Assembly (NCBI RefSeq): GCF_006345805.1
Contig: NC_043001.1
Location: 73,470,001-73,534,000, forward strand
Direction: 5' to 3'
Length of the DNA stretch: 64,000 nucleotides
Source: Octopus sinensis
Lineage: Eukaryota
This document shows, piece after piece, positions 14,505-26,689 of the stretch. The notes under the pieces are model-generated. The model was not told the origin of the DNA. It saw only the letters and a list, made by a program, of their open reading frames with translations, and searched no databases. The translations under genes were made by a program, and so were the position numbers. How positions within the stretch are numbered: position 1 is the stretch's first letter; every line of letters starts with the position of its first letter.

Positions 14505-15602
14505 TTCTTTCTACTATAGGCACACGGCCTGAATTTGGTGGGAAGTGGGGATAGTCAATTACATCAACCCCAGCACTCAACTGATACTTATTTTATCGAC
14601 CCCAAAAGGATGGAAGGCAAAGCTGACCTCAGCAGGATTTGAACTCAGAACATAAAGACGGACGAAATGCCACTAAGCATTTTGCCTGGTGCTCTAATGA
14701 TTCTGTCAGCTTACCACCTTATTAATAATAATAATAATAATAAAAACAATAATGAGTTCTGATTTAAGTACAAGGTCAGCAATTTTGAGGAGAAGGGGGT
14801 TAGTCAACCCCGGTACTTGCCAGGTTATCAATCTCATGTTGGGCAACATATATCTCTGTGGGGTTTGAACTCAAAATGTAAAATACTAGGAATACTACAA
14901 GGTAGTTTTTCTTACACTCTAACAACTCTGCTAGCTAGCTGCCTTAGGGTTTCTGATTTAGGCACAAAGCCAGCAATTTTGAGGGTGAAAGTATTTAGTT
15001 GATACAACCAATGCCAGTACTAGACTGGTACTTTATTTTACTGACCACATCCCCATGCCCCCAGAAGGATGAAAGCAAAGTTGACATTGGTGCAATTTGC
15101 ACTCATAATGTAAAGATCAAGAAGAAATACCATAAAGCATTTTTTACAACACTCTTATAATACTTCCAGCTCACCACCTTATAAATATTAATAATAATAA
15201 TCCTTTCTCCTATTATAAGCACAAGGCTTGAAATTACATTGACCCCAGAAATCAACTGGTATTTATTTTATCCTCCCTGAAAGGATGAAAGGCAATGTCA
15301 ACCTCACTGACATTTGAACTCACAATGTAATGCTGGAAGAAATACTGCTAAGCATTTTGTCAGGCATGCTAATGTTTCTGCCAGCTCCTCACCTTAATAT
15401 TAATAATATTAGGATAATCCTTTTTACCATAGACACAAGGCCTGTAATTTGAGGGGAGGGGTATAGTTGATTACATTGACCCCAGTGCTCAACTGGTACT
15501 TATTTTATCAACTCTGAAAGGCAAAGTCAACCTTGGTGGGATTTGAATTCAGAATGTAAAGACTGTCAAAATATCTCTAAGAATTTTGCCAGCTCACCAC
15601 TT
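14505..15602 (-). mobile_element. Tandem cluster of about five family-B SINEs in one orientation, spaced by (AAT)n
   Basis: Copies at about 14505-14720, 14760-14945, 14955-15180, 15215-15395 and 15420-15602. Confidence 0.8.
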
Positions 15603-16061
15603 AAATAATAATAGTAATAATATTGTTATTCAATAGTTAAGTAAAGGCTTTAGTAAGAAGTTGGTCCTAATAATATATATTACATTGTAATAAAAGAAAG
15701 GATTTCAAAAGGAAACGAATTTCAATAATTAGTGTAATTAATATCATTATGAAAACTTAGCAAAAAAAAAAAAAAGAAATTTTGGTAATGACATTTTGCA
15801 AAAAAAAAAACAAACAAACAAAAGACTGAATTAAATGTATCCACCCCTCCTGCCACTGTAGCAAAAACACCAGATGGATATGCTTTAAATTTCTGAATCT
15901 TGACTTTCACTTTTGCATGTATTTTCATATCCACCTTATAATTTAATTGGTCAGTCCTCTGATAATCTTCAACTGTCCTATATTTCTACAACAGCTTGAA
16001 ATCAGAATCTTTCCTTACTAACATAGGACTTTAATGTGCTTAATAACTGTGCTATGGTTCC

Positions 16062-16294
16062 TTAACCCTTTTGATACCAACTCACTTATGACTGTGTCTA
16101 GTTCTGTCATACAAATTCATTATTTTAAAATGATCTAACTTAAAACCCTTTTCCAACAAAATTCCATGTTAATTTATGTTCCCAAAACTAGCTAAATAAT
16201 GGCAAATTTATTTTACTAAATTTTTCATTATTTTCAAAACTAGTTGAAACAAAATCACTATATTCCAGTAGAAATATGGTAACAGAAGGGTTAA
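16062..16294. mobile_element. piggyBac-type MITE (TTAA TSD, CCCTT..AAGGG ends)
   Basis: TTAA|CCCTTTTG at 16062 and GAAGGG|TTAA ending at 16294; internal sequence related to the elements at 18713 and 21629. Confidence 0.75.
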
Positions 16295-17027
16295 GGCAAG
16301 TAATCCTCAAAGATTGGATTATTTAAATTCAATTGAATAATTTATGCCATGCTGAGTTGAAGCCTGTGTTCTATGATAGTGCTGTGATACATGTGTGCAT
16401 ATATGTACATGTGTGCATGTATGTGTGTGTGTATTTGTGCATGTTTGTATGTGTGTGTATATGTATGTGTATGTGCATGTATTTGCACATGTGTGTCTTT
16501 GTGTATGTATGTGTTTGTCTGTGTATCTCTTTGATTGGTTTCTTGGTTTCTACTGAGGCTTCAATACAATAAAGATGATCAAAGACTGGACTGTGCTAAA
16601 CATAATAAGGTAGAACACAAGAATGTAAGGATTCTTTCAATATTAATTTGGATACTTTAAATTATTCTAACAATAAATCATTTTAGGAATTTATCTACAT
16701 AACTGGAAATTTAATTTTAAAGAGAAAAATGCTATAACTCTCAGTGTAACTATTTTGACTTTGAATTTTATCATTTTATAATTCTATTCTTATTCCGTCC
16801 TCTAAAATTGTTGTTTGTTATATTTCATTATTGAGTTATCTAATTCTTTAATTAAAGGATTTAAAACTAAAATATTAATTTAAGAAAAAAGTCCAGAGCA
16901 TAGAAAGATTCTAATTTAAAACCTTATTCCTCCTCTCTCCCTGTGTATATATGTGTGTCTCTATATATATTATACATTTATATAACAGACACATACATAT
17001 TTATACATACATACATACATATACATT

Positions 17028-17237
<210 letters not shown>

Positions 17238-17558
17238 ATATACATATATACAAGGTGTCTCATAAATAAAGCAGCATGGGAACATTAAAATGCTGTCTAT
17301 GTTGCTCTTTTCCAATGGAACATCTAGTATAGCTTATAAAGAACAGTTCTATGTCCTTCATAAATGACACATTGAAAGAACAGCTGGAAGAAAGTACAGA
17401 GGAGCTGACTGTTGTATAAGACTTTACACCCACATACACAGGGGAGGGGTAAGTTGATTACATTGACCCTAGTACTTGACTGATACTTTACATATCTCTA
17501 CATATTTGCTTACAAATGCACACACACACATACACATGTATATATATATTTATGTATG

Positions 17559-17602
<44 letters not shown>

Positions 17603-17854
17603 GTGAGTGTGTGTGTGTGTAAAGACTCATTAACTTTTATATGTAAGTATGCTAAAGGGGAATCATTGATATTTTAAAAACTAAACAGACATTTCAATTC
17701 AGTCTTTTGAATAAAGAGAATGAGGAGGATGTTTGAGGAGAACAAAGAAAAAAAAAATAGAAGTCATGTGCAGATTCATCAGAAGATGGCTGTAACTAGG
17801 TCCTACTTATGGAGAAAGTTGGATGGAGAGATTTGGATTGTCATTGCTTCACAT

Positions 17855-18039
17855 TCAAGTCTTCTCCCTGGAATGCATGGCAATGTGTTCTGTGAGGTGG
17901 CAATTGTGAGCAAAGGCTTTCGTACAATATTCACATTTGAAAGGTCTGCTGAGATTGTGAATACGGCGAACATGTGCGTTGACATAACGCTGATGCAGGA
18001 ATGTTTTACCACATTCCTCGCACTGGTAAGATCTCTCAC
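17855..18039 (-). CDS. C2H2 zinc-finger protein, terminal coding exon (fingers 3-4)
   Basis: Acceptor cttgtttcAG|GT at 18040, phase-compatible with the 26379 donor and rebuilding the linker H-T-G-E-R-S-Y. Encodes CEECGKTFLHQRYVNAHVRRIH and CEYCTKAFAHNCHLTEHIAMH, then TGA at 17857-17855. Spliced CDS is 310+185=495 nt, 164 aa. Confidence 0.88.
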
Positions 18040-18169
18040 CTGAAACAAGAAGGAACAATAAAAGATAAATCCAGAGTTTTTAATTAAAACAATATATGTA
18101 TATAAACAATATATATATATATATATATAAACAAAACAAAAAATGGAGTGCACTGATTTTCATTATCAT

Positions 18170-18555
18170 CATCATCATCGTTTAATGTTCGTTTTCCATG
18201 CTAGCATGGGTTGGACGGTTCGACCAGGGTCTGGGAAGCCAGGAGGCTGCACCAGGCTCCAGTACAATCTGGCAGTGTTTCTGCAGCTGGATGTCCTTCC
18301 TAATGCCAACCACTCTGTGAGTGTAGTGGGTGATTTTTACGTGCCATCGGCACAGGTGCCAGGGGAGGCTGGCAACGGCCATGATCAGTTGGTGCTTTTT
18401 ACGTGCCACCGGCACAGAATCCAGTCAAGGCAGCGCTGGCATCGGCCACGTTCGGATGGGGCTTTTTATGTGCCACCGGCACAGGTATCACAACTACAAT
18501 TTCCACTTGATATTTATTTTGATGTTGATGTACTTGACTCAATAGGTATCCTCAA
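18170..18555 (-). mobile_element. RTE-associated 3'-UTR element with (GAT)n tail, in the ZNF intron
   Basis: ccatgctagcatgggttggacgg..ctggatgtccttcctaatgccaaccac and repeated tttacgtgccaccggcac; same sequence as the 3' UTR attached to the RTE ORF end at 46903. Confidence 0.8.
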
Positions 18556-18712
18556 GCACAGCATTATGTATTTGTTAAAACAAAAAATATAACACACAAA
18601 GTACTAGTGTATCAAACATTACAATGTCAATATTGTAGAAAAAAAGAAATTTAAGTGGTTGTCCCATGGCCTTCTTCTAGTTCTTGGAAGGATTTTAACT
18701 CAGCATTGTACA

Positions 18713-19318
18713 TTAACCCTTTTATAACCATATTTCTATTAAAATAAACTGCTTTCATTTCAGTTACTTTTGAAAATAATAAAGAATTAGGTAAAATAAC
18801 TTTGTCATTATTAAGCTGGTGTTTGGCAGCAAGCTGGCAGAAACATTAGCATGTCGGGCGAAATGCTTAGTGGTATTTCGTCTGCTGTGGCGTTCCGAGT
18901 TCAAATTCCGCCGAGGTCGACTTTGCCTTTCATCCTTTCGGGGTTGATTAAATAAGTACCAGTTATGCACTGGGGTTGATATAATCAACTTAATCCCTTT
19001 GTCTGTCCTTGTTTGTCCCCTCTATGTTTAACCCATTGTGGGTAATAAAGAAATAAAATTAGATGGTGTTTGGAACATAAATTAAGGTGAAATTTTGATA
19101 GTAAGTTTTAATTTAGATCACTTTAAACTTTTTGTAACCATATTTCTGTTGGAATACGCTGCCTTTCATTCAATTAATTTTGAAAACAATAAAGATAGTG
19201 CAAAATAATTCCAGCATTACTAAGCTGGTGTTTGGAATATGAATTAGCATGAATTTTTTATGGAAGTTTTTAATTAAAATTGCTTTAAAATAGAAAGATG
19301 GATTAATAAAAGGGTTAA
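18713..19318. mobile_element. piggyBac-type MITE with internal tandem repeat and a nested SINE
   Basis: TTAA|CCCTTTT at 18713 and AAAAGGG|TTAA ending at 19318. The internal block (ccatatttct..agctggtgtttggaa) occurs twice. A family-B SINE is inserted at about 18826-19057, with ggtgtttgg on both sides. Confidence 0.75.
18826..19057 (+). mobile_element. SINE family B, best-preserved copy
   Basis: gcaagctggcagaaacattagcatgtcgggcgaaatgcttagtggtatttcgtc..ttccgagttcaaattccgccgaggtcgactttgcc; B-box-like gagttcaaattcc. Confidence 0.85.
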
Positions 19319-19599
19319 TATATTTGTTAGTTATACAGTGTCATTGTTATTGAGAAGAGTAAACTACACTTTATTATGGCACCTATTTACAACTAGGTGG
19401 ACTATCAGAGTTAAGTATTTGTGAAAGGTGCACTCTAGCACTGGTCACAAAATACATAACTAAAAAATTCCAGCCATGGAACTTTTATATTTTTTAAAAT
19501 AATTACATTTATCAATGATAAATTTAAATTAACACTTTTGAATTTGGTCTGCAAGATTCTTGACGTGAACTTGAGTACTGAAACAGATTTTGTATTTTG

Positions 19600-19934
19600 G
19601 GAGGGTTATTATGCCAATAAGAAACACATACACTGATTCTAATTCAATTCTTTCAGTATTATTATTAGTCAACTAGTTAACCATTTAACTAATCAATCAT
19701 TTGATCTAACTGTTCAGTTGATTAATTAGGTTTTTCAGAGTACTTTTAGTGCCATTCGCAATCTCATCAATGAAATGCTCATCAAAAGGACTCTGATAAA
19801 CCTTGCTGACTGATTGACTAAAAATTTAGTTAAACAATTGATTAGCTAATTCACCAAATGTGTAGTTTGTTGACTAATAATAATCAGAGAAGTGAAATAG
19901 AAACAGTGTGTTTCTTATTGCAAAATTACCCTCC
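19600..19934. mobile_element. Diverged 335-bp inverted-repeat element with a degenerate hammerhead in the spacer
   Basis: ggagggttattatgccaataagaaacaca mirrors tgtgtttcttattgcaaaattaccctcc; tattattagtcaac mirrors gttgactaataata. Confidence 0.7.
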
Positions 19935-19999
19935 TAAGGTACAACAAAATATTAAAATTTATGCTCAGATCAACTACTGAACATTGCTAGTGATATGTA

Positions 20000-20210
20000 A
20001 AAGCACCTGTGTTGGTGACACATAAGAGGCATCCACTACACTCTTGGAATGGTTGGTGTTAGGAAGGGCATCCAGTCATAGAAACCATGCCAAATCAGAC
20101 TGGGACTTGGTGCAGCTCTCCAGCTTACCAGTTCCAGTCAAACCATCTGACACATGCCAGCATGGTAAGTGGACATTAAATGATGATGATGACGATGATG
20201 ATGATGATAT
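20000..20210 (+). mobile_element. RTE-associated 3'-UTR element ending in (GAT)n
   Basis: ggttggtgttaggaagggcatccagtcatagaaaccatgcc..catgccagcatgg..atgatgatg. Further copies at about 22080-22310, 33270-33480, 41280-41630, 55320-55595 (+) and 59210-59410 (-). Confidence 0.8.
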
Positions 20211-21204
20211 ATTACTTTCTCTTTCAATATGTATTCAATGTATGGAGTGTGTAACAGTCATGGGGATATATGTTGATATATTAGATGCAAGAAAATAGGA
20301 AACAAAAAGGAACTCAATCAATAAATGATCAAAACGGAACACACACACACACACAACGACATACACCATTCAATAATGGTGTCCAGTCCATGCCAGCATG
20401 GACAACTGATGTTAAATGATGATGATAATTATGATCACACCAAAGGAAAATGTGTTACCCTTTAAAAAAATGTTGAAACATCCCCAAAATGCTAGACACA
20501 TAGTATAGGGATTAGAGTGTTGCACTCATGTTTGCCAGATCATGGTTTTAATTCCTAGACTAGGTAGTGCATGTTGTTTTTGAGGAAACCATTTCATTTC
20601 ATGTTGCTCTGGTCCACTCGGCTGTGAATGAGTAACCCTGCAATGCCATGGAAACTGGATAACTGCCAATATGAGTCCTAGAACCCTAGACAGTAATGTC
20701 CAGCAGTTGATGACAATGAGGGTGATGATGATGATAGAAATACGCAATGACACCACTGTGAGCGATTGTGAAGCTGAGGTGCAGGAACAACCAGGTACCC
20801 TTTCAAGCATCAATTTATACATCAATAAGGCAGGATGCTAAAATAGTCAAATTCTTCTTTGACAGTGGCCTTGTACACACCAGCATCTCAAAAGCCACAG
20901 CTTAAAAATATAATTTAGCAACAGATTATGGTATTTCAGTGCCTTATTTCATCCAGCCTCCACCACTATGAACATATAATGGAGTGAGTGAGACACTAAC
21001 GGTGATGTCCTATAAAGGGAACTGCCATAAGGTCTCTACTCCACTGTCTTAGCTAGATACTCCTATAAAACGAAGTAATCACCAAAAATTGATTTCATTG
21101 CTGATAAATAACAAAGCATTCATAATTTTATTGAAAAAGTTCAGTAAAATCCATAAAATACGTATTTAATGTTATCATTTTTTTAATATTAGTTTAATAT
21201 TTAG

Positions 21205-21600
21205 GACAACGAGCTGGTAGAATTGTTAGCACGCCAGGCAAAATGCTTAGTGCATTTCATATATTTTGAGTTCAAATTCCACCTAGGTTGACTTTGCCTT
21301 TCATCCTCTCAGGGCTGATAAAATAAGTATTAGTTGAACACTGGGGTCGATGTAATTGACTTACTCCTTCCCCTGAAATTGTTGGCCTTGTGTCAAAATT
21401 GGAAACCAATATTTGAATTGATATTAGTTTTAAATTTTGGAGGAGATATGCTGATTACACTGACCCCAGTATTCAACTTGTACTTATTTTACTGACCCTG
21501 AAAAGATGAATGGCAAAGTTGACCTTGGAGGAATTTGAACTCGGACTGCAAAGACAGACGAAATGCTGTTAAGTGTTTTATTCGGCATGATACTGAGTTA
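21205..21600. mobile_element. Tail-to-tail inverted pair of family-B SINEs in the ZNF intron
   Basis: Plus copy about 21205-21415, directly followed by a minus copy about 21428-21600. Confidence 0.75.
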
Positions 21601-21628
21601 ATATTAAGTCACAGGTGTAGCAGTGTGG

Positions 21629-21857
21629 TTAACCCTTTCATTACCAACCCGGCTGAAACTGGCTCAGGCTTTAAGTACAAAAGTCTTGTTTTCATAAGAT
21701 TTGAATAAAAATCTTCCACCAAACCTTAGTCACAATTTATGCTCCTAACGCTAGCTTAATGATAACTAAGTTATTTTACTAAATTCTTTGTTATATTTAA
21801 AATTAATTGAAAGAAACACGGAGCATCTCAAAATAAATACAGTAACAAAAGGGTTAA
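21629..21857. mobile_element. piggyBac-type MITE inserted in a SINE head
   Basis: TTAA|CCCTTTC..CAAAAGGG|TTAA. Removing it restores gcagtgtggTTAAgtattttgtttcccagctacatag, a family-A SINE head, which confirms the TTAA duplication. Confidence 0.8.
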
Positions 21858-23629
21858 GTATTTTGTTTCCCAGCTACATAGATTCAGATTCAGTTCCACT
21901 GATGTCTTTTACCATTTCCCCTTCCCTCTACTCCTCTCTTGTCCTCTGTCTCCTTCTTTCCTTCTGGCGTAGTCTTGCATCTCTTTTACTGCCAGGTCTC
22001 TATTTCTGTCCCTCTATTCATACTCTAACTTCTCATCACTTGGCACAAGCCACCTCCTGCAATAATACTCCTCACCTCAGTTGATGGGTCTTATTTTGTA
22101 AGTTATTTGGTGTCACATAAAATGCAGGTACCACATAAAATGCACCTAGTATACTCTGTGAAGTGGTTAGCTTTAGGAAGGGCATCCAGCCATAAAAACC
22201 ATGCCAAAGCAGTCTGTAGAGCTTGGCACAGTCTTCTAACTTGCCACTTCTGGTCAAACCATTGAACCCATGCCAGCATGGAAAACAGACATTAGATGAT
22301 GATGAAGATGATAATATATACATACAAACATACATATCCACACATGTTCATGTGTAGTCCCTTTGTTTTGACATTGTATGATAGTTGTAAATGAGTGTTA
22401 CAATCATACAAGCAGTGTTGTTCTGCAAAATCATATTTGGTCATGGGGCAATATTACCTTACTTTGAAACAGATGAGGGTTGGAGGCAGGAAGAGCGTCC
22501 AGCCATAGTAATCTGCCTCAAAAAGACAAAAACTTTGTCCAACCCTTGCAAGTATGAAAAGTGATGGCTATCACTATTGGAGTTTTATTCAGAGTTATTT
22601 TAATGGTAGATATTTATTCAATAGTATCAATGATCGATGTTTACTTCATTATATTTAATGTAATTAATCACAGGTCCTTCTTGTTTCATTAAATCTAATG
22701 TAATTATCTAATTTTCGGTAATGTCATATTAACTTCATCTTCAAGTTCTGACTGCTGAATTGTTTCCAACATACATTATAAATAGTTACTTAATTCAACC
22801 TGGAATGATGAAAGTCAAAATAATTCTTGCCAAAATTCAAATCAATACCAGAGAAGTACCAAACTAGATGCCTTCAAGCATTCTAATTATGTTTCCTCCA
22901 GACACAAGAAAATTATACTTTTTCAATGAAATTCCAGACACAAAACTTTTCCAATTTCCACTAAGAATAGAGAACAACTAGTAAACAGACTAATGGCAGA
23001 GCTTCTACATGGTTGATTAGCTTGCTAGAAATAACATCCAAATTACCTTCAAATAACACATTAGATACTGCAGCCCTAAATACCTATATATGGTGTGATT
23101 GTGACTGGCAAGCTTTAGATCACAGATCTACTTGATCAGGGTTGACTAGGGTTAAACAAACAACAATAGGTGGTAAAATAAATGATGTGAATTAGTTTGG
23201 CTATTTTGACCATTACTGAAGTTGAATCAGCCATGTTACTAAAGTCTAACATCTTTTTATTGTAACTTGACTAATTCTATTACTTGGAACTGATAACAAG
23301 TGTTTTTGTTTTCTCTATAGCTCTAGGACTGATAGGGCTGGCTACCCAGTTTCCATGGCCTATAAATGATCAAGATAACAGCATTATCCCTGAATGGGAT
23401 GCCAGTTTGATGTAGGGTTCAAGGCCAGCAATTTTTGAGGGGAGGGGTAAGTTGATTACATTGACCCTAGTACTTGACTGATACTTTACTTAATCAACCC
23501 ACAAAAGGATGAAAGGTAGAATTTGAACTCAGAACATAAAGAACTAGAAGAAAGTGTCACAAAGCATTTTGTGCTATTGATTCTGTCAGCTTGCTGCCTT
23601 AATCCATCCATCCACCCATCAGACACTTC

Positions 23630-24140
23630 CATAGCTGGATTCCCAAGTGTGGCCAACTGAGCTAATAGACCTTATCCAACCATCTCGTCCTTAGTCTCTC
23701 CCTATGTCTTCTGCTAGTTGGTTCAGCTTGAAGAATCTATGTTGTGATTCCTTCCTGCAAAACTCTTCTAATCTCATGTCTGTAGTGCTGGAGATGTGAC
23801 CACTCAATGCAGAGATGTAGAAGCTCATTCTGGAGAGATTCCTTGATCTCTAACCTATGCATCCTGTTGAATAACATTACTCAAGAAACCCATTGGAGGA
23901 ACTCCATCTCAGCCACTTGCATTTGTTACCTAACATTCATGACTACAACTGAGGATAGGCATGAAAACCAAATTGAAGACTGTGAGTTTCGCCTTTTTAC
24001 CAATCTCTCCTCTTCTGAGGAATGAATGTAAGAGCTGGGGTATTACTATACCAGCTTTCAAATCTAGCATCCAGTTTAGCCTCCTGCCTTCCATCACTTG
24101 TGAATGCAGCCCATAGTATCATACAAGCAGCACCTTCCAT
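23630..24140 (-). mobile_element. Degenerate RTE-clade LINE 3' ORF fragment
   Basis: Minus strand reads ..LLHSFLRRGEIGKKAKLTVFNLVFMPILSCSHEC.., resembling the RTE post-RT motif (K.KL.+f..+f.P.L.Yg.E.W); stops and frameshifts present. Confidence 0.6.
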
Positions 24141-24238
24141 TTAAAATCTTCCAAGAAAACATGTTTGGCTATGGGGAAATATTGCCTACCCTGAGTAATT
24201 ACTGATGACATGTGCCTGATATATATATATATATATAT

Positions 24239-24825
24239 GGAAGTTGATAATGCTTTAAAGCATTTTGATTTATATTTAAATGCAAGGTTATTAAAAATGA
24301 TCTCATTACATGATGAATATTTCACATTTATTTTTTATATGTATGTTTGTGTGTATATGTGTGTATGCATGTGTGTGTGTGAGTGCATGTGTGTGTGCAC
24401 GTGTGTGTGTATGTGTGTGTGTGCGTGTGTGTGTGTGTAATAATAATAGTAATAATAATCCATGGTGGAATTTATAAATATTTTAATGCATTACTACATA
24501 TGTTTCCACGAATCACATATTTCTTAAGATCATAGTCCATATTCCTGGGATGATTACAGTACAATCCATTGACATCAAGTGGATACATTCATTTCATCAG
24601 GTGCATGTGATTTGTGGAAACACACATAACAATGCATTAAAATATTTATAAATTCCATCCATGGATTATTATTATCATTACTATATTTATCCTACATTAT
24701 ATCAGCACAGCTTGGTACAACCCCATAAAACTGCTATTGCAAATTGATATCATTCGGTTGTAGCTGATATATTAAAATAGGAGCTTTTATACACATACTC
24801 AAAAACGTTTTGCTGTAAACAAAGA

Positions 24826-24861
<36 letters not shown>

Positions 24862-25446
24862 TCTTTGTTTACAGCAAAACGTTTTTGAGTATGTGTATAA
24901 AAGCTCCTATTTTAATATATCAGCTACAACCGAATGATATCAATTTGCAATAGCAGTTTTATGGGGTTGTACCAAGCTGTGCTGATATAATGTAGGATAA
25001 ATATAGTAATGATAATAATAATCCATGGATGGAATTTATAAATATTTTAATGCATTGTTATGTGTGTTTCCACAAATCACATGCACCTGATGAAATGAAT
25101 GTATCCACTTGATGTCAATGGATTGTACTGTAATCATCCCAGGAATATGGACTATGATCTTAAGAAATATGTGATTCGTGGAAACATATGTAGTAATGCA
25201 TTAAAATATTTATAAATTCCACCATGGATTATTATTACTATTATTATTACACACACACACGCACACACACACATACACACACACGTGCACACACACATGC
25301 ACTCACACACACACATGCATACACACATATACACACAAACATACATATAAAAAATAAATGTGAAATATTCATCATGTAATGAGATCATTTTTAATAACCT
25401 TGCATTTAAATATAAATCAAAATGCTTTAAAGCATTATCAACTTCC
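24239..25446. repeat. 1.2-kb near-perfect palindrome (arms 589 and 587 bp, (AT)16 centre)
   Basis: 24239-24827 is the reverse complement of 24860-25446. The only difference I found is (GT)7 vs (AC)6. The ORF track shows the same peptide on both strands. Confidence 0.95.
24458..24666. mobile_element. 209-bp inverted-repeat element nested in the palindrome arm (mirrored at about 25021-25229)
   Basis: atccatggtggaatttataaatattttaatgcatt.. mirrors ..aatgcattaaaatatttataaattccatccatggat; the spacer contains CTGATGA on the minus strand. Confidence 0.8.
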
Positions 25447-26379
25447 AAAATTAAATAATTAAAATGTCATTAATATTCAGTTGTTAATAGCAATAATAAT
25501 GGAATAATGATATAAGAAACTGTCATGGATTTATTATGATTTTGTTATCTCCATAATTATTGACTGACTGAAATATCTACAAATATTAAATTACAAGACC
25601 ACAAAAAACATAGAAATTGGTTCATAAAAACGCAAAAATAATTTTCTTATTAAATGGTTGTTCATCATTTTACTTGTGCCAAATTTAACTCTTTTGATAC
25701 TATATTTCTTTTGAAATACACTATCTAAAATAATGAAGAATTTAGTGGAATAACTTTGTCATTATTAAGCTGATGCTTGGAACACAAATTAACATGAAAT
25801 TTTGGTGGATGATATCAATTTCAATCAAATTATAATGGAAAGTTTGTGCCATAGAACCATGGATTGGTATCAAAACGATGAACCCCTTTGATAGCATATT
25901 TCTGTTGAAATACATTGCAATTGTTTTAATTAATTATGATATTAAAAATGAATTTAGTAAAATAACATTATCATTTCATTTTTGCATTTGGCTTGCATGA
26001 TTCTTTATGTGAATTCATGTTTTGAGACAAATTTTGTTGTGTCTAAGGGAAGTCATTATGTTAACATATTGAACACACTCACAGGTTCAATTCCACTCAT
26101 CTTTTAAATATCCAATTGGATATTTACTAAATGAGTAGAATTGAAGCAGTGAGTGTGCTCATTACATTGGTATAATGACTCTTCCTAGACACAACAAAAC
26201 TTTACCATCATAAAACTGGTATCTGGAATGCAAATTAACATGAAAGGTTTTGGAAGAAGGTTTTTATTTAGACCCTTATAAAACAAGAAATTTGTATCAT
26301 AGAACTAGGAATGGTTTCCGTTGGGTTGGCATCAAAAGAGTTGAAATGAAATCAGAAATGAATTGTGGACACGTCTTAC

Positions 26380-26689
26380 CAGTGTGTATCATCTGATGGC
26401 GTTCTAAATGAGTGTTGAGAGAAAATCGTCTCCCACAGTCGCGGCACTCATACGGCAAATCGGAACGATGCATCATCATTTCATGAGCCGTGAGACTGCT
26501 GCTGTAGAGAAAAGCCTTCGAACAATGAGAACATTTGAAGGGTTTCTTGTCCAAAGGTGCAATTCCAGCAGTTGAAGGGGTTGTTGATGAAGTCGAAGCA
26601 GAAGTTGACGATTTGGGGTCAGGAAAGACACTGGGTGAGAAGGACTCGCTGCCTCTCATAAACATATAAGGATCGTCTGTCTGCATCAT
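26380..26689 (-). CDS. C2H2 zinc-finger protein, first identified coding exon (Ser/Thr/Pro-rich N-terminus, fingers 1-2)
   Basis: ATG at 26689 with A at -3. Encodes CSHCSKAFLYSSSLTAHEMMMH and CRDCGRRFSLNTHLERHQMIH. Ends ACT G|GTAAG, a canonical donor at 26379 in phase 1. In-frame stops lie upstream; a candidate acceptor (ataatttccatttcAG|G) would start the exon at 26846. Confidence 0.88.

Noticed and set aside
15722-15934. 70-aa minus-strand ORF MDMKIHAKVKVK..
   Set aside because: No recognisable homology; it ends in a poly-T-derived Phe run.
17720-18153. Overlapping ORFs 17720-18043 (+) and 17803-18153 (-)
   Set aside because: These are antisense or shifted-frame shadows of the zinc-finger exon.
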